From the NCBI GenBank assembly GCA_963790995.1, contig CAWBQQ010000002.1:94547-158546 (forward strand): a stretch of DNA of 64,000 nt, in the 5' to 3' direction. This DNA is from an uncultured Bacteroidota bacterium (GTDB lineage Bacteria > Bacteroidota > Ignavibacteria > Kryptoniales > JAKASW01). Shown in pieces: positions 27,613 to 38,012 of this stretch (the first letter of the stretch is position 1; every line of letters starts with the position of its first letter). The notes beneath the pieces are model-generated. The model searched no databases. It was not told where the DNA came from and saw only the letters and a list, made by a program, of their open reading frames with translations. A program made the position numbers and the translations under genes.

Positions 27613-28449
27613 CTAAAGGTCTATTTTCTCTCTCAGTTCGCGGAGATTCAACTCCGCAGCGTAAAGCTCACCAACTGACTCCGCGAGAACGTGATGATAC
27701 CTGGTGGCCTGTTCAGAATAAATTTGGACTACCTGATTATATTTCTTATCGTCGTCTGAAATGACGTACAACCTTGCATTTGCATAATCTATCAGAGTCC
27801 CCATGCGACCGACGCCTGACCAGACCCCAGTCGAGAGTTCCACTTCAAAAGCATATTCCGGTATAAGATTACTGTTCTTCTCTCTAAACCATAGGACATC
27901 AATCTGTCGAAGAATCTCATAGTTTGAAAACTGGAGTTGCGGGCATACCGGCAATGTGGCAATCTCGATAAGTTTCTTGTCGTTGAACCTTTTTGACTTG
28001 TTGGGACAAAACGTTTGATACCCTCTAATATTTCCTATCTCCAACAACCTGCCCTGAAGCACCGAATGAAAACTCTCTTCCGCCGAATTACTTCCCCCAG
28101 GCATGGCACGAGCTTTCTTCAGGGAGTCCCAAGCGTTAATAAATTGGGAACAGTTCAGCCGGTTCTTTTTTCCCGACAAAATAACATTTAGCTGACCATC
28201 GATTACAATTTTATATTCACCATCTCGATCGTGGCTCATGAGTGGAAGTTGGCCGATGAGGACGGGCGCTGGAATGATCAAGGTTCGGTCCAACGAGCCA
28301 CAAATAAATGCAAAGAATGGGTTGTCAAGGTTTGCAACCTCCTCGGCGCTGACATAATTCAGCCCAAAAAAGAATCGCTTGTTTGCTCCTTCCGATGAGG
28401 CACGGATAAGAATGTTTGCCTCGCCAATCTTGTAAGCGCGAGTTTTCAA
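27613..28449 (-). CDS. Hypothetical protein with a nuclease-like C-terminal domain (D...EVE motif); second endonuclease candidate
   Basis: This is a 278-aa ORF. The sequences HSVLQGRLLEIGNIRGYQTF...IDVLWFREKNSNLIPEYAFEVELSTGVWSGVGRM resemble restriction-endonuclease-fold cores. The family is not recognised. Confidence 0.4.
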   Translation of the reverse strand: MKTRAYKIGEANILIRASSEGANKRFFFGLNYVSAEEVANLDNPFFAFICGSLDRTLIIPAPVLIGQLPLMSHDRDGEYKIVIDGQLNVILSGKKNRLNCSQFINAWDSLKKARAMPGGSNSAEESFHSVLQGRLLEIGNIRGYQTFCPNKSKRFNDKKLIEIATLPVCPQLQFSNYEILRQIDVLWFREKNSNLIPEYAFEVELSTGVWSGVGRMGTLIDYANARLYVISDDDKKYNQVVQIYSEQATRYHHVLAESVGELYAAELNLRELREKIDL

Positions 28450-28544
28450 AACTTTGATGGGTTCGATAAGTGTATCTAATTGCTTTGCCCTCTCAAGGAA
28501 TTGAGCAGCTAGATTGTCTGTATGGTAGCGAATCTTAGACAGCT

Positions 28545-28757
28545 TCAGATAGCCTCCTCAATTTCTTGGCACTCAAATGCGTCGTTCCACATTGTTTCAA
28601 TGTTTTCGATTTTGAATCCAAATTCCTTTCGATGGTTTTCAGTAGAGAGATCTCGTTCGCCTATGAAGAGATCCGCCGCCTGTTTTGCATCTTCTCTATT
28701 GGTTGCTTCAATCGTAACGGAATAAGTTCGAGACAACCCAACTTTAAATCGTGGCAT
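28545..28757 (-). CDS. Hypothetical 70-aa protein between the methyltransferase and nuclease candidates
   Basis: The ATG is preceded by AGGAAG and overlaps the methyltransferase 3' end by 14 nt. I do not recognise a family. Confidence 0.4.
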   Translation of the reverse strand: MPRFKVGLSRTYSVTIEATNREDAKQAADLFIGERDLSTENHRKEFGFKIENIETMWNDAFECQEIEEAI

Positions 28758-30300
28758 GTTTTCTTCCTTTCGAAAAATAATTTGATCTTTTCAAAAAATG
28801 TACGTGCTGCTGTTGAAAGACTGAAAATACTCTTTCGTTTTCCTGCCCGTTTGCCTTATGACCGATTTCTAATTCATCCTGACGCTTGAATCCGAATAGA
28901 TCGTAAGCGTAGGCGTGCTGTTCGTGATAATCGATCAGTCCAACGTAAGGTGGACTGGAAAATACGCCCGCGATCTTTTGTCTTTTGATAAGTGCGGCAA
29001 ATGCGGGGTCGTGTCTTTCTGTCTCACCTATAATATCAATGGATTTGCTGTCTCCTGTAAGGCAGTATTGGTAAGTCTCTGTCCGAAGTTTTTTGAATTG
29101 AGCCAGACGCATTGCAGTGTCTTTAGTGTATGTCTCCCACCATTTTAGGATTGAGAAGAGCGGCTTACATATTTTTCCATGCTTCGCACAATAATAAGTG
29201 GTTGTAACACGCTCAAGAAGCGTCGCCAAATCTGCATGAGTGGTAGCGCGACAGGACCGTATTGTTCGGCTTAAAATAATGCTGATAATTTTTTTGGTGT
29301 CGGGATTCTTAATCTTTTTAATCTCACCAAAAACAAACTCGATCTCATTACGAATATGAGGAGAGTACCATTTATCCATGAAGGTGTCTTCCTTATCCTG
29401 TCGAACTTTGATTCGGTATTCTTTTACGAGATGCTGAAAGGTTGGCAAAAATTCCCTGGCTTTTTCCGCTCCGTACGATTCCTCGTCAATTTCATCGCTT
29501 TTGACTTTGTATTTGTATTCCGGCACCGGAAAGAATTCATTGTTGAATTTGTACAGCGCCTGTAAGAGCCTTTCTTCAAACTCCAAAGTATGGGAGTCGG
29601 CAAGAAACGCCTTCAATGCGATACTAATTCGCTGAATCTCTTTATGAACGTCGATAAGATCGAACTTCGTGACCTTGCAATTACTGATCAGTGCGTTAAA
29701 TGCAGAAACATCGATGCCGATGCCGTGCATGCCAAGTTCGTTTGCTTGTACCAGCATTGTTCCGCTTCCGCAAAACGGATCGAGAATAATGTCGCTCGTA
29801 TGAAAATAGGCTTTCTCCTTAAAAGCATCAGTGTGTTCATCCAAGAAGTACTCGACCAATTGCGGAATGAATTTCCCTTTATACGGATGCAAGCGATGTA
29901 CATGCTTCGTTGTCTCGGCCTCCGTAAATTGATCGAAGGACAGTGCCCAGTTTAAATCTTTTCCGAGCTGATCTTTCCACGAAAGCTCTCTTCGCCCGTT
30001 GAAGGACTGGTAGTATTTTTCTAACTCTCGCAATGAAATTTGCGTCGCACCATTCTCGCCATGTTTCTGAACTCGACCATATTGAATCAAATATGATATA
30101 TTCGAAGGCGTTACCTTCTTCCCAAGGTGATTTGTGGCCCATTCAGCTGCCTCTTTGATGCTTAACAAATCAGATTCCGTTTCAAATAGGGTTGGGATGG
30201 AACGGACTTGATATTTTGTGGCCTGCTCTGAAACGCGCGGCTTCACCGAGGAATGTTTTTGGGATTCACGCTTGAGGTTTTTATTTTTGGGTTTTGCCAT
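28744..30300 (-). CDS. DNA methyltransferase (amino-methyltransferase, SPPY motif IV, likely N4-cytosine or N6-adenine)
   Basis: This is a 518-aa ORF. Motif I is ILDPFCGSGTMLVQA and motif IV is VFSSPPYVGLIDY, about 270 aa downstream, which gives an alpha-like motif order. The C-terminal 40 aa look unusual, and I could not confirm an intact 3' end. Confidence 0.75.
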   Translation of the reverse strand: MAKPKNKNLKRESQKHSSVKPRVSEQATKYQVRSIPTLFETESDLLSIKEAAEWATNHLGKKVTPSNISYLIQYGRVQKHGENGATQISLRELEKYYQSFNGRRELSWKDQLGKDLNWALSFDQFTEAETTKHVHRLHPYKGKFIPQLVEYFLDEHTDAFKEKAYFHTSDIILDPFCGSGTMLVQANELGMHGIGIDVSAFNALISNCKVTKFDLIDVHKEIQRISIALKAFLADSHTLEFEERLLQALYKFNNEFFPVPEYKYKVKSDEIDEESYGAEKAREFLPTFQHLVKEYRIKVRQDKEDTFMDKWYSPHIRNEIEFVFGEIKKIKNPDTKKIISIILSRTIRSCRATTHADLATLLERVTTTYYCAKHGKICKPLFSILKWWETYTKDTAMRLAQFKKLRTETYQYCLTGDSKSIDIIGETERHDPAFAALIKRQKIAGVFSSPPYVGLIDYHEQHAYAYDLFGFKRQDELEIGHKANGQENERVFSVFQQQHVHFLKRSNYFSKGRKHATI

Positions 30301-30497
30301 TATATTTTCGCTGCTTTATAAATTACCCAACCAGATATTCTTGTGCAATCCTTTGCTCTATTGACTTCACCGTTTTGGTTCATTTTTCAGACAAATCCAC
30401 GACAGAGTGACCTCTCCATTAAAAGCCAACCCTGCCGGAAGGTTGTCTGGTGGCGAATATCAGTTCAGCATCTCAGGCTGCCGTCTGTGATAATCCC

Positions 30498-30884
30498 TCA
30501 ACGCCTCAGATATTGCGCCACCACCATGATAATTGGAATCGAAAGCTCCGGGATGAGGTAACCGAGCCACCGCCCTTTTGGCTCAGGCATGCCGACTTTG
30601 CGAATAGATATCAGCCGCCCGGTGGCCCCAAGGAAAACGCCGAGCGCCAGCAGATAAATCAGGAAGCCCTGCTCTCGAATTGTGATTGCCGCCCAGAGGC
30701 AGATGAAACCTGTGGAGAGGTACACTCCTGCCATGAAACGGTGAACGTTATCCAGGCGCGGCGAAGTGTCCGGTTCGCCAACATACAGCTGTAGTGACCC
30801 GCCGATTAGCGCGATGGCGCTCACAAGGATAAGACAAACCTGAACGACAACCTGAGCCGCCGCGATGCCTGTTTGCGAAGACAT
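30498..30884 (-). CDS. Small 4-TM membrane protein (DUF4345-like)
   Basis: This is a 128-aa ORF with four hydrophobic segments. The family assignment is from memory. Confidence 0.5.
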   Translation of the reverse strand: MSSQTGIAAAQVVVQVCLILVSAIALIGGSLQLYVGEPDTSPRLDNVHRFMAGVYLSTGFICLWAAITIREQGFLIYLLALGVFLGATGRLISIRKVGMPEPKGRWLGYLIPELSIPIIMVVAQYLRR

Positions 30885-30968
30885 GTTTACCTCTCTATTT
30901 TTAGTTCTGAAAGTTCCTGAACGACCATGGCAAACAGTTCGTCGTATTTCTTCTTTGCGCCTCTCAAC

Positions 30969-32216
30969 TCACATTGCCAGCCATACGAGCAGTCCGCCCA
31001 GCGCGACGAGCGTCACCGGCACTCCCAGCCGTGCAAAGTCGCGAAAGGATATGTTTATTCCCAATTCCCGCGCCTGCTGCACCACGATGATGTTGGAGAC
31101 GCTGCCGAGAATGATGAGGCTTCCCCCGAAACTGTTCGCCAGTGCCAGCACGTAAGCGACCGTTGGATTCGTCACGTTTGTCAGTTTGACCAGCAGCATT
31201 ACCGCGGCAGAGTTGTTTATCAGATTGGAAAGCGCGGCAGTAACGATGGCGAGGATCGGCAGCGATCGAAGGTTCATGCCGTTGTGGGCAAGCCATTGGA
31301 CGGCAAGCTCGCCATATCCCGTGGACTGAAACGCACCGGTGACGACGAATAATCCCATGAATAGAATCAGGATCGGCCAGTCCACCAGGCCCAATAGATC
31401 TTCCGTGCGAAATTTCCGACTGGCAAGGTGAACCCCTGCCGCTGTCAGCGCAATGATTTCCTTCGGCAGTCCTGTGAAGAACAGAGCAATGACGACAATG
31501 AGTATGACGAGACCTTTGATCGTGTGCGGCCGGTTGAATGGCTGCGGGGCGAACGCGGGTGCTTCCGGCTCTTTCCCGCTGGAGGCAAGGTTGAGCCGCG
31601 AAAGCCACCAGATGATGGCGTATGAGGTCGCCAGCGCAAATAACACCGGCGGCAAGCACCAGAGCACATAAGGGCCGAACCCGAGCCCGGCGACCTGCGC
31701 GATCAACATGTCTTGCGGATTCCCGACGAACGTGGCTGCGGCGCCGATATTACTCGCGACGGCCAACGCCACGAGAAACGGGATAGGATTGAGCTGCCGG
31801 CGGAGCGTTGCGCTCCCGACGACCGGTGCGAAGACGAAGCAAACGATATCGTGATTGAGAAACGCCGACAGCCCGGCTGTCACCACCATCAGCAGGAGAA
31901 GAAACCGCGCGGGGCTTTCGAGCTCCGTGGAGACGCGGCCAGCGATCCTGTCGAAAAACCCGGACAGACGCAGCTGGGCCGAGATGACGAAGAAACCGAA
32001 AAGCAGGAGGATAGTGGGCCAGTTGATGAAGCCGGCTATACCGGAAGTCGGCAGCCCGGTGAAGACCATGATGGCAATGGCGCCGAGGAGCGCGATGCCT
32101 GTGCGGTCTAATTTCAAGCCCGGCACACGGCCAATTGCAATGCCGATGTATGTGAGCGCGAAAATCGCCAACACCACGGGTATTGAGGCGGAAGGTATGA
32201 TGGTTGAGCTGCTCAT
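30969..32216 (-). CDS. ArsB/NhaD-superfamily (anion/citrate-transporter-like) permease
   Basis: This is a 415-aa polytopic membrane protein with the internal repeat architecture typical of ArsB/NhaD permeases. The substrate is unknown. Confidence 0.6.
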   Translation of the reverse strand: MSSSTIIPSASIPVVLAIFALTYIGIAIGRVPGLKLDRTGIALLGAIAIMVFTGLPTSGIAGFINWPTILLLFGFFVISAQLRLSGFFDRIAGRVSTELESPARFLLLLMVVTAGLSAFLNHDIVCFVFAPVVGSATLRRQLNPIPFLVALAVASNIGAAATFVGNPQDMLIAQVAGLGFGPYVLWCLPPVLFALATSYAIIWWLSRLNLASSGKEPEAPAFAPQPFNRPHTIKGLVILIVVIALFFTGLPKEIIALTAAGVHLASRKFRTEDLLGLVDWPILILFMGLFVVTGAFQSTGYGELAVQWLAHNGMNLRSLPILAIVTAALSNLINNSAAVMLLVKLTNVTNPTVAYVLALANSFGGSLIILGSVSNIIVVQQARELGINISFRDFARLGVPVTLVALGGLLVWLAM

Positions 32217-32261
32217 GCTGGCCGTCTGTTCATACGCCGGTCATTCCTTTGAGCCCATTTA

Positions 32262-32918
32262 TTAAACGTGCAATTGCAAGGACATGAGCAGCGCTTTTAT
32301 CCCGTTCCAGACAATCTGTACCCCGATGCACAGGAGCAGGAACGAAGCGAGACGGATGATTACGGTAGTCGCCGTTTCGCCAAGTATCTTCGTCAGCCGG
32401 TCCGCAAAGCCATAACAGACGTAAACGCTGGCGGCTACCAGCCCTGTGCCGATCAGCGCTGCCGCGATTACCGCGATGTGCAGCCCGTAATGACGGGACA
32501 TATGAGCACCAAGCGTGATCGCAACTGAGATCGATCCCGGACCGACCGTCAGCGGAAGAGTAAGAGGATAGAACGCCTGCCGAAATACTTTCTGCGGCTC
32601 GACCGCTCCTTTACCGGTGTTGCGCTCCTCGTCTTTTTGCAGAAGCATCTTCCAGCCGATGGAGACGACGACCATCCCTCCCGCAACTTGCACAACAGGC
32701 AGCGATACGCCGAAGAAGCTGAGGACGTACGATCCCACGAAATACGATCCGACCATCAAGAAAAAACTATCCAATGCTACCCGCCGCGAAAGTGATCGCC
32801 GCATAGGTGACGATAAGTCGCTCGTTAATTGAAGAAAGATCGGGCTTCCACTCAGCGGATCAACAATCGGAAACAGCGCGCTAATCGTCAGCAGAAAAAC
32901 ACTGATTGCATCGGTCAT
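32262..32918 (-). CDS. MarC-family (UPF0056) integral membrane protein
   Basis: This is a 218-aa ORF with six hydrophobic segments and the N-terminus FPIVDPLSGSPIFL, which is typical of the MarC family. Confidence 0.7.
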   Translation of the reverse strand: MTDAISVFLLTISALFPIVDPLSGSPIFLQLTSDLSSPMRRSLSRRVALDSFFLMVGSYFVGSYVLSFFGVSLPVVQVAGGMVVVSIGWKMLLQKDEERNTGKGAVEPQKVFRQAFYPLTLPLTVGPGSISVAITLGAHMSRHYGLHIAVIAAALIGTGLVAASVYVCYGFADRLTKILGETATTVIIRLASFLLLCIGVQIVWNGIKALLMSLQLHV

Positions 32919-33194
32919 CTACTTTTCCATAGAATTGTATCATCATGCTAATCCCAAGATAGCAGCCGCATCAGAAATTGGCAACCTGATCCGGAGTATC
33001 TTCTTATTCTCGCTCCATCACTTATTAGCCATTGTAACGCTAAGCCAGGAGTCAAGACAACATCTCAGTTTACGGCACATGTAACAAATTCATTAACCAT
33101 CTTCATACCGGGTTCTCCGAATAATTCAACATTTCAATTTTTTGCTAATTCTAAGGACTCTTTTTAACTGCAATGTCAAGATTCGTTCCGATAG

Positions 33195-35012
33195 TCATGA
33201 CGTTTGCAGATCGCCAGTCGCCCGCTTCTTCTTCTCGAATCTTTTTTCAACAACTTCCGGCGGAATGATGCCGTCCTCAGCGAGCTTTTTCAAACGTCCT
33301 GAGATTACCTGCGTGCGCCCCAGGTAGCCGACAATCGTGTAGATGTCGTCCCTGCTGACCACCGGCAGTCTCCCCACGTCATGGTGCAGCATCCTTACAA
33401 CAGCTTCATAAAGAGGTTCCGTCTGGAAGGCAAGCACGAGTTCCTTGCTCCCGGCCTCGATTACGGTTTTCTCCTGCATCCCCTTTTGCACAGCTCTTCT
33501 GATATCGTTGTGCGTGATAATCCCTGAGAGACGGTTATTGGCATCGACGATTGGAATACCCCTGTGACGGTTGGCGTCGCTATCCCCGCTGAGAATCTTC
33601 TCGGAGAGTTTTCCGACCTTCATATCCGAATTGACTGTAGGGACATCTGTATCCATCACTTCAGAGACCGGAACACGTTTGAAGATGTCCGCTTCATAAT
33701 CCTGCGGAATCAGGAATCCACGACGTGCAAGCTTCTCAGTGACTACAGAATTCTTGTAGAGAATGTACGCTATGCCGGATGCCACGACACCTACAAGCAT
33801 TAGAGGCAGAACCGAATCGAAGTTCCGCGTCATCTCCAGCGGGAAAATGATAAATGCAAAAGTTGACCTCACCGAGGCACCAAAGACTGCGCCCATGCCG
33901 ACAAGGGCAAACGCAGCAGGAGAAAGATTTGCACCCGGTATCAGCCGGTTCACGAGCATCGCAAAGATCCCGCCGATCGCGGCACCTACCATGAAAACCG
34001 GAGCTAACAAGCCGCCCGACGTCCTCGTTCCGAGCGAAAGTATCAAGGCAGAGAACTTGAATACGAGTATCACGAGGAGAACAGTCAACGTAAATTGATT
34101 TCCCAGTATGGCGCCGATCGTATCATACCCGGGCCCGAAGATGCGCGGAACAAAATAGCCCAATACTCCAACCCCGAGCGCTCCAAGAGACGGTAGGATA
34201 TAGGGGCTCAGATGGATCTTTTCGAACTGGTCCTCCGTCCAGTAAAGCAACTTTATGAAGAATACTGCCGCAAGCCCGCAGATCACTCCAAGGGCTACGT
34301 AGTACAGGAGCGCACCGGAGAAATTGAAGTCCACGGATTCGATCGGGAACATGGCGCCGGACTGCATTATCCGGAAGCGCACGGCGGTGGCTAAGCTGCT
34401 TGCTATGACGAGCGGTATGAACGAGCGAGTCCTGAATTCAAAGAGAAGAATCTCGATCGCCATGATGACGCCGGATATCGGGGTGCCGAACGTGGCGGCG
34501 AGACCTGCCGCGGAGCCGCAGGCTAAGAGAATCCTTCGTTCGGATTCGGTGGTTTTGAGAATTTGTCCGACGAAGGAACCCACTGCCCCGCCGGTTTGAA
34601 TGATCGGGCCTTCAGCTCCAAACGGGCCGCCGGTCCCTATCACGATGGCCGCGGATAGTGGTTTCCATATCGCTACCTTACCGGGGATGCGGCTTTTGTT
34701 CGAAACTACCGCCTCAAGCGCTTCCGGCAATCCGTGACCCTGTATCTGATCCGTCCCGTACTTTGACATCAACCCGACGAGCGCACCACCGACTACAGGC
34801 ATCAGGATAGCCAGATAACCGATGTGATTGTTTACTTCACTGACGAACACAAAGGATATTCGGTGAAAGAAAACAAGGTTTGTAATCAGACCTATGAGAT
34901 GGTACAGCACGTACATGATCAATCCTGTGCCGATGCCGATGAGGGCTGCAAGCGTTGAGATGTAAAGCAGCCTTGAACCCTTCTCCTCAGTCAACGAAGT
35001 GTCATAGTTCAT
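33195..35012 (-). CDS. ClC-family chloride channel/antiporter with C-terminal CBS domains
   Basis: This is a 605-aa ORF with the motifs GHGLPE, GGPFGAEGPIIQTGG and GTPISG, followed by a CBS pair (VSEVMDTDVPTV..., IPIVD...GIITHNDI). Confidence 0.85.
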   Translation of the reverse strand: MNYDTSLTEEKGSRLLYISTLAALIGIGTGLIMYVLYHLIGLITNLVFFHRISFVFVSEVNNHIGYLAILMPVVGGALVGLMSKYGTDQIQGHGLPEALEAVVSNKSRIPGKVAIWKPLSAAIVIGTGGPFGAEGPIIQTGGAVGSFVGQILKTTESERRILLACGSAAGLAATFGTPISGVIMAIEILLFEFRTRSFIPLVIASSLATAVRFRIMQSGAMFPIESVDFNFSGALLYYVALGVICGLAAVFFIKLLYWTEDQFEKIHLSPYILPSLGALGVGVLGYFVPRIFGPGYDTIGAILGNQFTLTVLLVILVFKFSALILSLGTRTSGGLLAPVFMVGAAIGGIFAMLVNRLIPGANLSPAAFALVGMGAVFGASVRSTFAFIIFPLEMTRNFDSVLPLMLVGVVASGIAYILYKNSVVTEKLARRGFLIPQDYEADIFKRVPVSEVMDTDVPTVNSDMKVGKLSEKILSGDSDANRHRGIPIVDANNRLSGIITHNDIRRAVQKGMQEKTVIEAGSKELVLAFQTEPLYEAVVRMLHHDVGRLPVVSRDDIYTIVGYLGRTQVISGRLKKLAEDGIIPPEVVEKRFEKKKRATGDLQTS

Positions 35013-35523
35013 AGAACATCTCTCTCGAACCTTAGAACATGGTCAACGATGCTAAGCTTACGGGGTTCCCAAATACTGCCACCCATGCCGCTTTCCACTA
35101 TACAGTCACCGGCAATATCCGAAATGAATTTCATATAATTGAAAACTGCCAATCCTGTCAAAAAGTTCGTGCGTCCTGCGGCTGCGGCTTAAAATAAGAT
35201 CCATCTCTGAAGCTGCCGGACTTTACTAATCCTGACGATGGCTGCGTCCGAAGTGGAGAAAACCTCGCGGTCAAATGTCTGGTCGGGGCGTGTCCTGTTC
35301 TGGAAAAAGCAGCAAAGAGAGAAAACTATTCTTACTTTTGCCGTCGACTTTTCTCAGAACGACACAGGGATTCAAGTCAGGGGTCTAGCGCCTGTCCCGT
35401 AGTGCTCTGATACGGCGGTGAGCTTGGCAATGCTAACACAGACGAGTCGCCATCGTTAGCTGCCGAATCTTTGCCTGTTCGTTGAATGCTTTGAACCGAA
35501 TTTCCACTTTGCTATCTTAGACC

Positions 35524-36450
35524 ATGGAGAACGATACTATTTCAGTTTACAAAGCCTGTAAAGAATTCACGAACCATCTCCACATTGGAACGTGCAGCTG
35601 GAATTATCCGGAATGGGAAGAGATCGGGATCTATTCGACAAAGCAGCAGAGGCATTTCGATTACCTTCCCGAATATGCGGAGCATTTCAATACGGCGGAG
35701 GTGGACCAGTGGTTCTGGAGTCTAGAATCACCGGAGACAATTCGGCTTCCGCGCGGCGAAGACGTTGAAGCCTATGCCAAACTCACGCCCGAAGACTTCA
35801 AGTTCACCGTCAAGGCACCAAACGCCATTACACTGACGCATTTCTACAAGCAGGCGGCTAAAGAGTTTGCAGATAAACCGAACCCGCATTTCCTGAGCAA
35901 GAAATTGCTGGAGACATTCTTGAAATCTCTCAAGCCGATCGAGTCTAAGATCGGCGCGATAATGTTCGAGTTCGAATACTTAAATAAGGAAAAGATGCCT
36001 TCACTCGGGGCTTTCATGGATCACCTCGGACTGTTTCTTACCACACTGCCGGACGAGTATCCTTTTGCGATTGAGATAAGAAATCCGAACTTCATCAAGA
36101 AAGAGTACTTCGATTTCCTTAAGTCGCACAACGTCGGGCATGTATTCGTCGAAGGTTACTACATGCCGCCGGCCTGCGGGGTGTTCGAGAAGTTCGGGAA
36201 GGATTCGCTTCCTGCCCGGACTGTCGTGGTTCGCCTGCTCGGTGCAGACAGGCAGGGTATCGAGAAGAAAACGAACAAGCACTGGACAGAGATAGTCGAG
36301 CCTCGGGACAAGACGATCCGGGAGATCGCCGCTTTTATTGCGAAGCTCATTCCCGGAAAATACGACCTCTATGCGAACTTCAACAACCACTTCGAAGGGA
36401 GCGCCCCGCTCTCGATAGAGAAGCTTCTCCGGGCATTCGAAAGCACTTAA
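35524..36450 (+). CDS. DUF72 family protein (second paralog in the window)
   Basis: The N-terminal motif HIGTCSWNYPEWEEIGIY and the 308-aa size are typical of DUF72. Confidence 0.7.
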   Translation: MENDTISVYKACKEFTNHLHIGTCSWNYPEWEEIGIYSTKQQRHFDYLPEYAEHFNTAEVDQWFWSLESPETIRLPRGEDVEAYAKLTPEDFKFTVKAPNAITLTHFYKQAAKEFADKPNPHFLSKKLLETFLKSLKPIESKIGAIMFEFEYLNKEKMPSLGAFMDHLGLFLTTLPDEYPFAIEIRNPNFIKKEYFDFLKSHNVGHVFVEGYYMPPACGVFEKFGKDSLPARTVVVRLLGADRQGIEKKTNKHWTEIVEPRDKTIREIAAFIAKLIPGKYDLYANFNNHFEGSAPLSIEKLLRAFEST

Positions 36451-36500
36451 TATGTCCCGTGCCGGTCCCGCCGGCGCCATTCACCGGGGCAGCTGTGTTG

Positions 36501-37895
36501 CTATAAGCCATCGTAGACTTTTAGAACGACCGGTGCAGTCGATTCGCCACCGGCAGCCGCGGTCCATTTTATTTCCTGCCATACTCCCTTACCGGTTTTC
36601 GGCGCCACGAGGCGCACGTAGAATGGGAATTGGTCGTGTGCCCCGACGATAAGGGTCTTCTCCGGAAGAAAATGGTGGGCATATTGAGCCGAGTTGCTGT
36701 CTAAAGACCAACCCGGCGGCATTTGAGTCCGTAGATCGAACGTATCTGCCCTGTCGGTATTATTATGGAGTATTAGTGGTACAGAGAAGTCGGCTCCGCT
36801 CCCGACGCCAAGTTCAGGAGCGAGAAGATCGGGCATGGAGTCGAGATTGTGTGCGGGCCAAAAGTTTTTGTAGAATGCCCAGGCTCCGCCAAGCTCGATT
36901 GAGAAGTCCGGCAATTTTTCCGGCGGCTTATATCCGCGCACCATGGCAAACGGGATTGGACCTGGATTGACGTCCTCGAAAATGTCGCCGGTAATCGAGC
37001 CTCCCACCAGCGATTTGCCGAGGATAAACATAAGCGGTTTCTTATAATAACGCAGATCGCCCGATTCGAGCTCCTTTTCGGTTTCGCCATCGTATTGGGT
37101 TTCGTGAGAGGAGATTTCCCTGGCAGCGAGCCGGGCGTATGAAATGTTCTCCGACGGCGAAATCTCTGTCATGGAATATTCGGGGCCCTTCCCCTTTACG
37201 AAATCGAAATGTATCGCATCCGTGAAGTAATAGAGTTTTTTCGGCTGCCACGTGCGCAGGCCTTCCATAAGATTGGCGTACCATAGATGGTCTTCGGGCT
37301 CCGTCACCTGCTCGGGAAACCACGTTGGATCGCCTGCAAGATCGAATGCCTCGCTGGTAATTACGCCGGCGGCCTGATGATCTTCGTGATTCTCGCCTAC
37401 CACGACATCCGGCAGCATGGTGATGACGACCTCCGGGCGAGTCAGCCGGACAAATCGCACGATCTCGCCGAGAACGTTGCCGTGGTTCCAACTCTCCAGC
37501 GAGCGCAGTACGTCGGGAACGTCCTGCCATGGAGTATCCGGCGCGCGAAGGAACCATACGTTATGAACCCCGATTGAAGCCAGTGCCTGGCGAGCCTCCA
37601 TCTCGCGAATCTCAGCCAGCGAGTTGGCCTGCTCGTATCCGACGAGGTTTTGCCCGGCGTCTCCGCGCGTCGTAAATACGACTGCGATCCGTTTGTGTTC
37701 GTCGAGCGACGCTTTCGCAAGATAGCCTGCAATTATCGATTCATCGTCCGGATGTGCCACGACAACCAGTATGTCGGCTTTGAAGCGATCATCGGGCGGC
37801 GGGTTTGCGGCTGGCTCCTGCGCCATGGCAGGTTCGGTAAGTAAAGCCAGTGAAAGCCAAATGATATTAAAAAGACAGCGATGTATCCGATTCAT
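36501..37895 (-). CDS. Secreted PIG-L/LmbE-family deacetylase with a C-terminal extension
   Basis: A signal peptide (MNRIHRCLFNIIWLSLALLTEPAMAQ) starts at the ATG at 37895. The sequences ILVVVAHPDDESIIAG and HEDH are LmbE/PIG-L motifs. Confidence 0.7.
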   Translation of the reverse strand: MNRIHRCLFNIIWLSLALLTEPAMAQEPAANPPPDDRFKADILVVVAHPDDESIIAGYLAKASLDEHKRIAVVFTTRGDAGQNLVGYEQANSLAEIREMEARQALASIGVHNVWFLRAPDTPWQDVPDVLRSLESWNHGNVLGEIVRFVRLTRPEVVITMLPDVVVGENHEDHQAAGVITSEAFDLAGDPTWFPEQVTEPEDHLWYANLMEGLRTWQPKKLYYFTDAIHFDFVKGKGPEYSMTEISPSENISYARLAAREISSHETQYDGETEKELESGDLRYYKKPLMFILGKSLVGGSITGDIFEDVNPGPIPFAMVRGYKPPEKLPDFSIELGGAWAFYKNFWPAHNLDSMPDLLAPELGVGSGADFSVPLILHNNTDRADTFDLRTQMPPGWSLDSNSAQYAHHFLPEKTLIVGAHDQFPFYVRLVAPKTGKGVWQEIKWTAAAGGESTAPVVLKVYDGL

Positions 37896-38012
37896 AGTCT
37901 CATCCTCCTTTAAAGTCCGATCCGAAATCCGAAGCGTTGTCCGGTCCGTTGGTGGTACGCGTATGTGCACAAATTAAGATATAAAGTAAACAAGGCAAAC
38001 GGCATCCCGCCG

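Noticed and set aside
35013-35200. There might be a fluoride (crcB-motif) riboswitch upstream of the ClC gene.
   Set aside because: The minus-strand leader lacks the conserved GGnGAUGG...CUGAUGA core; only vague GC-rich similarity is present. This ClC also carries CBS domains, unlike the fluoride-specific ClC-F clade.
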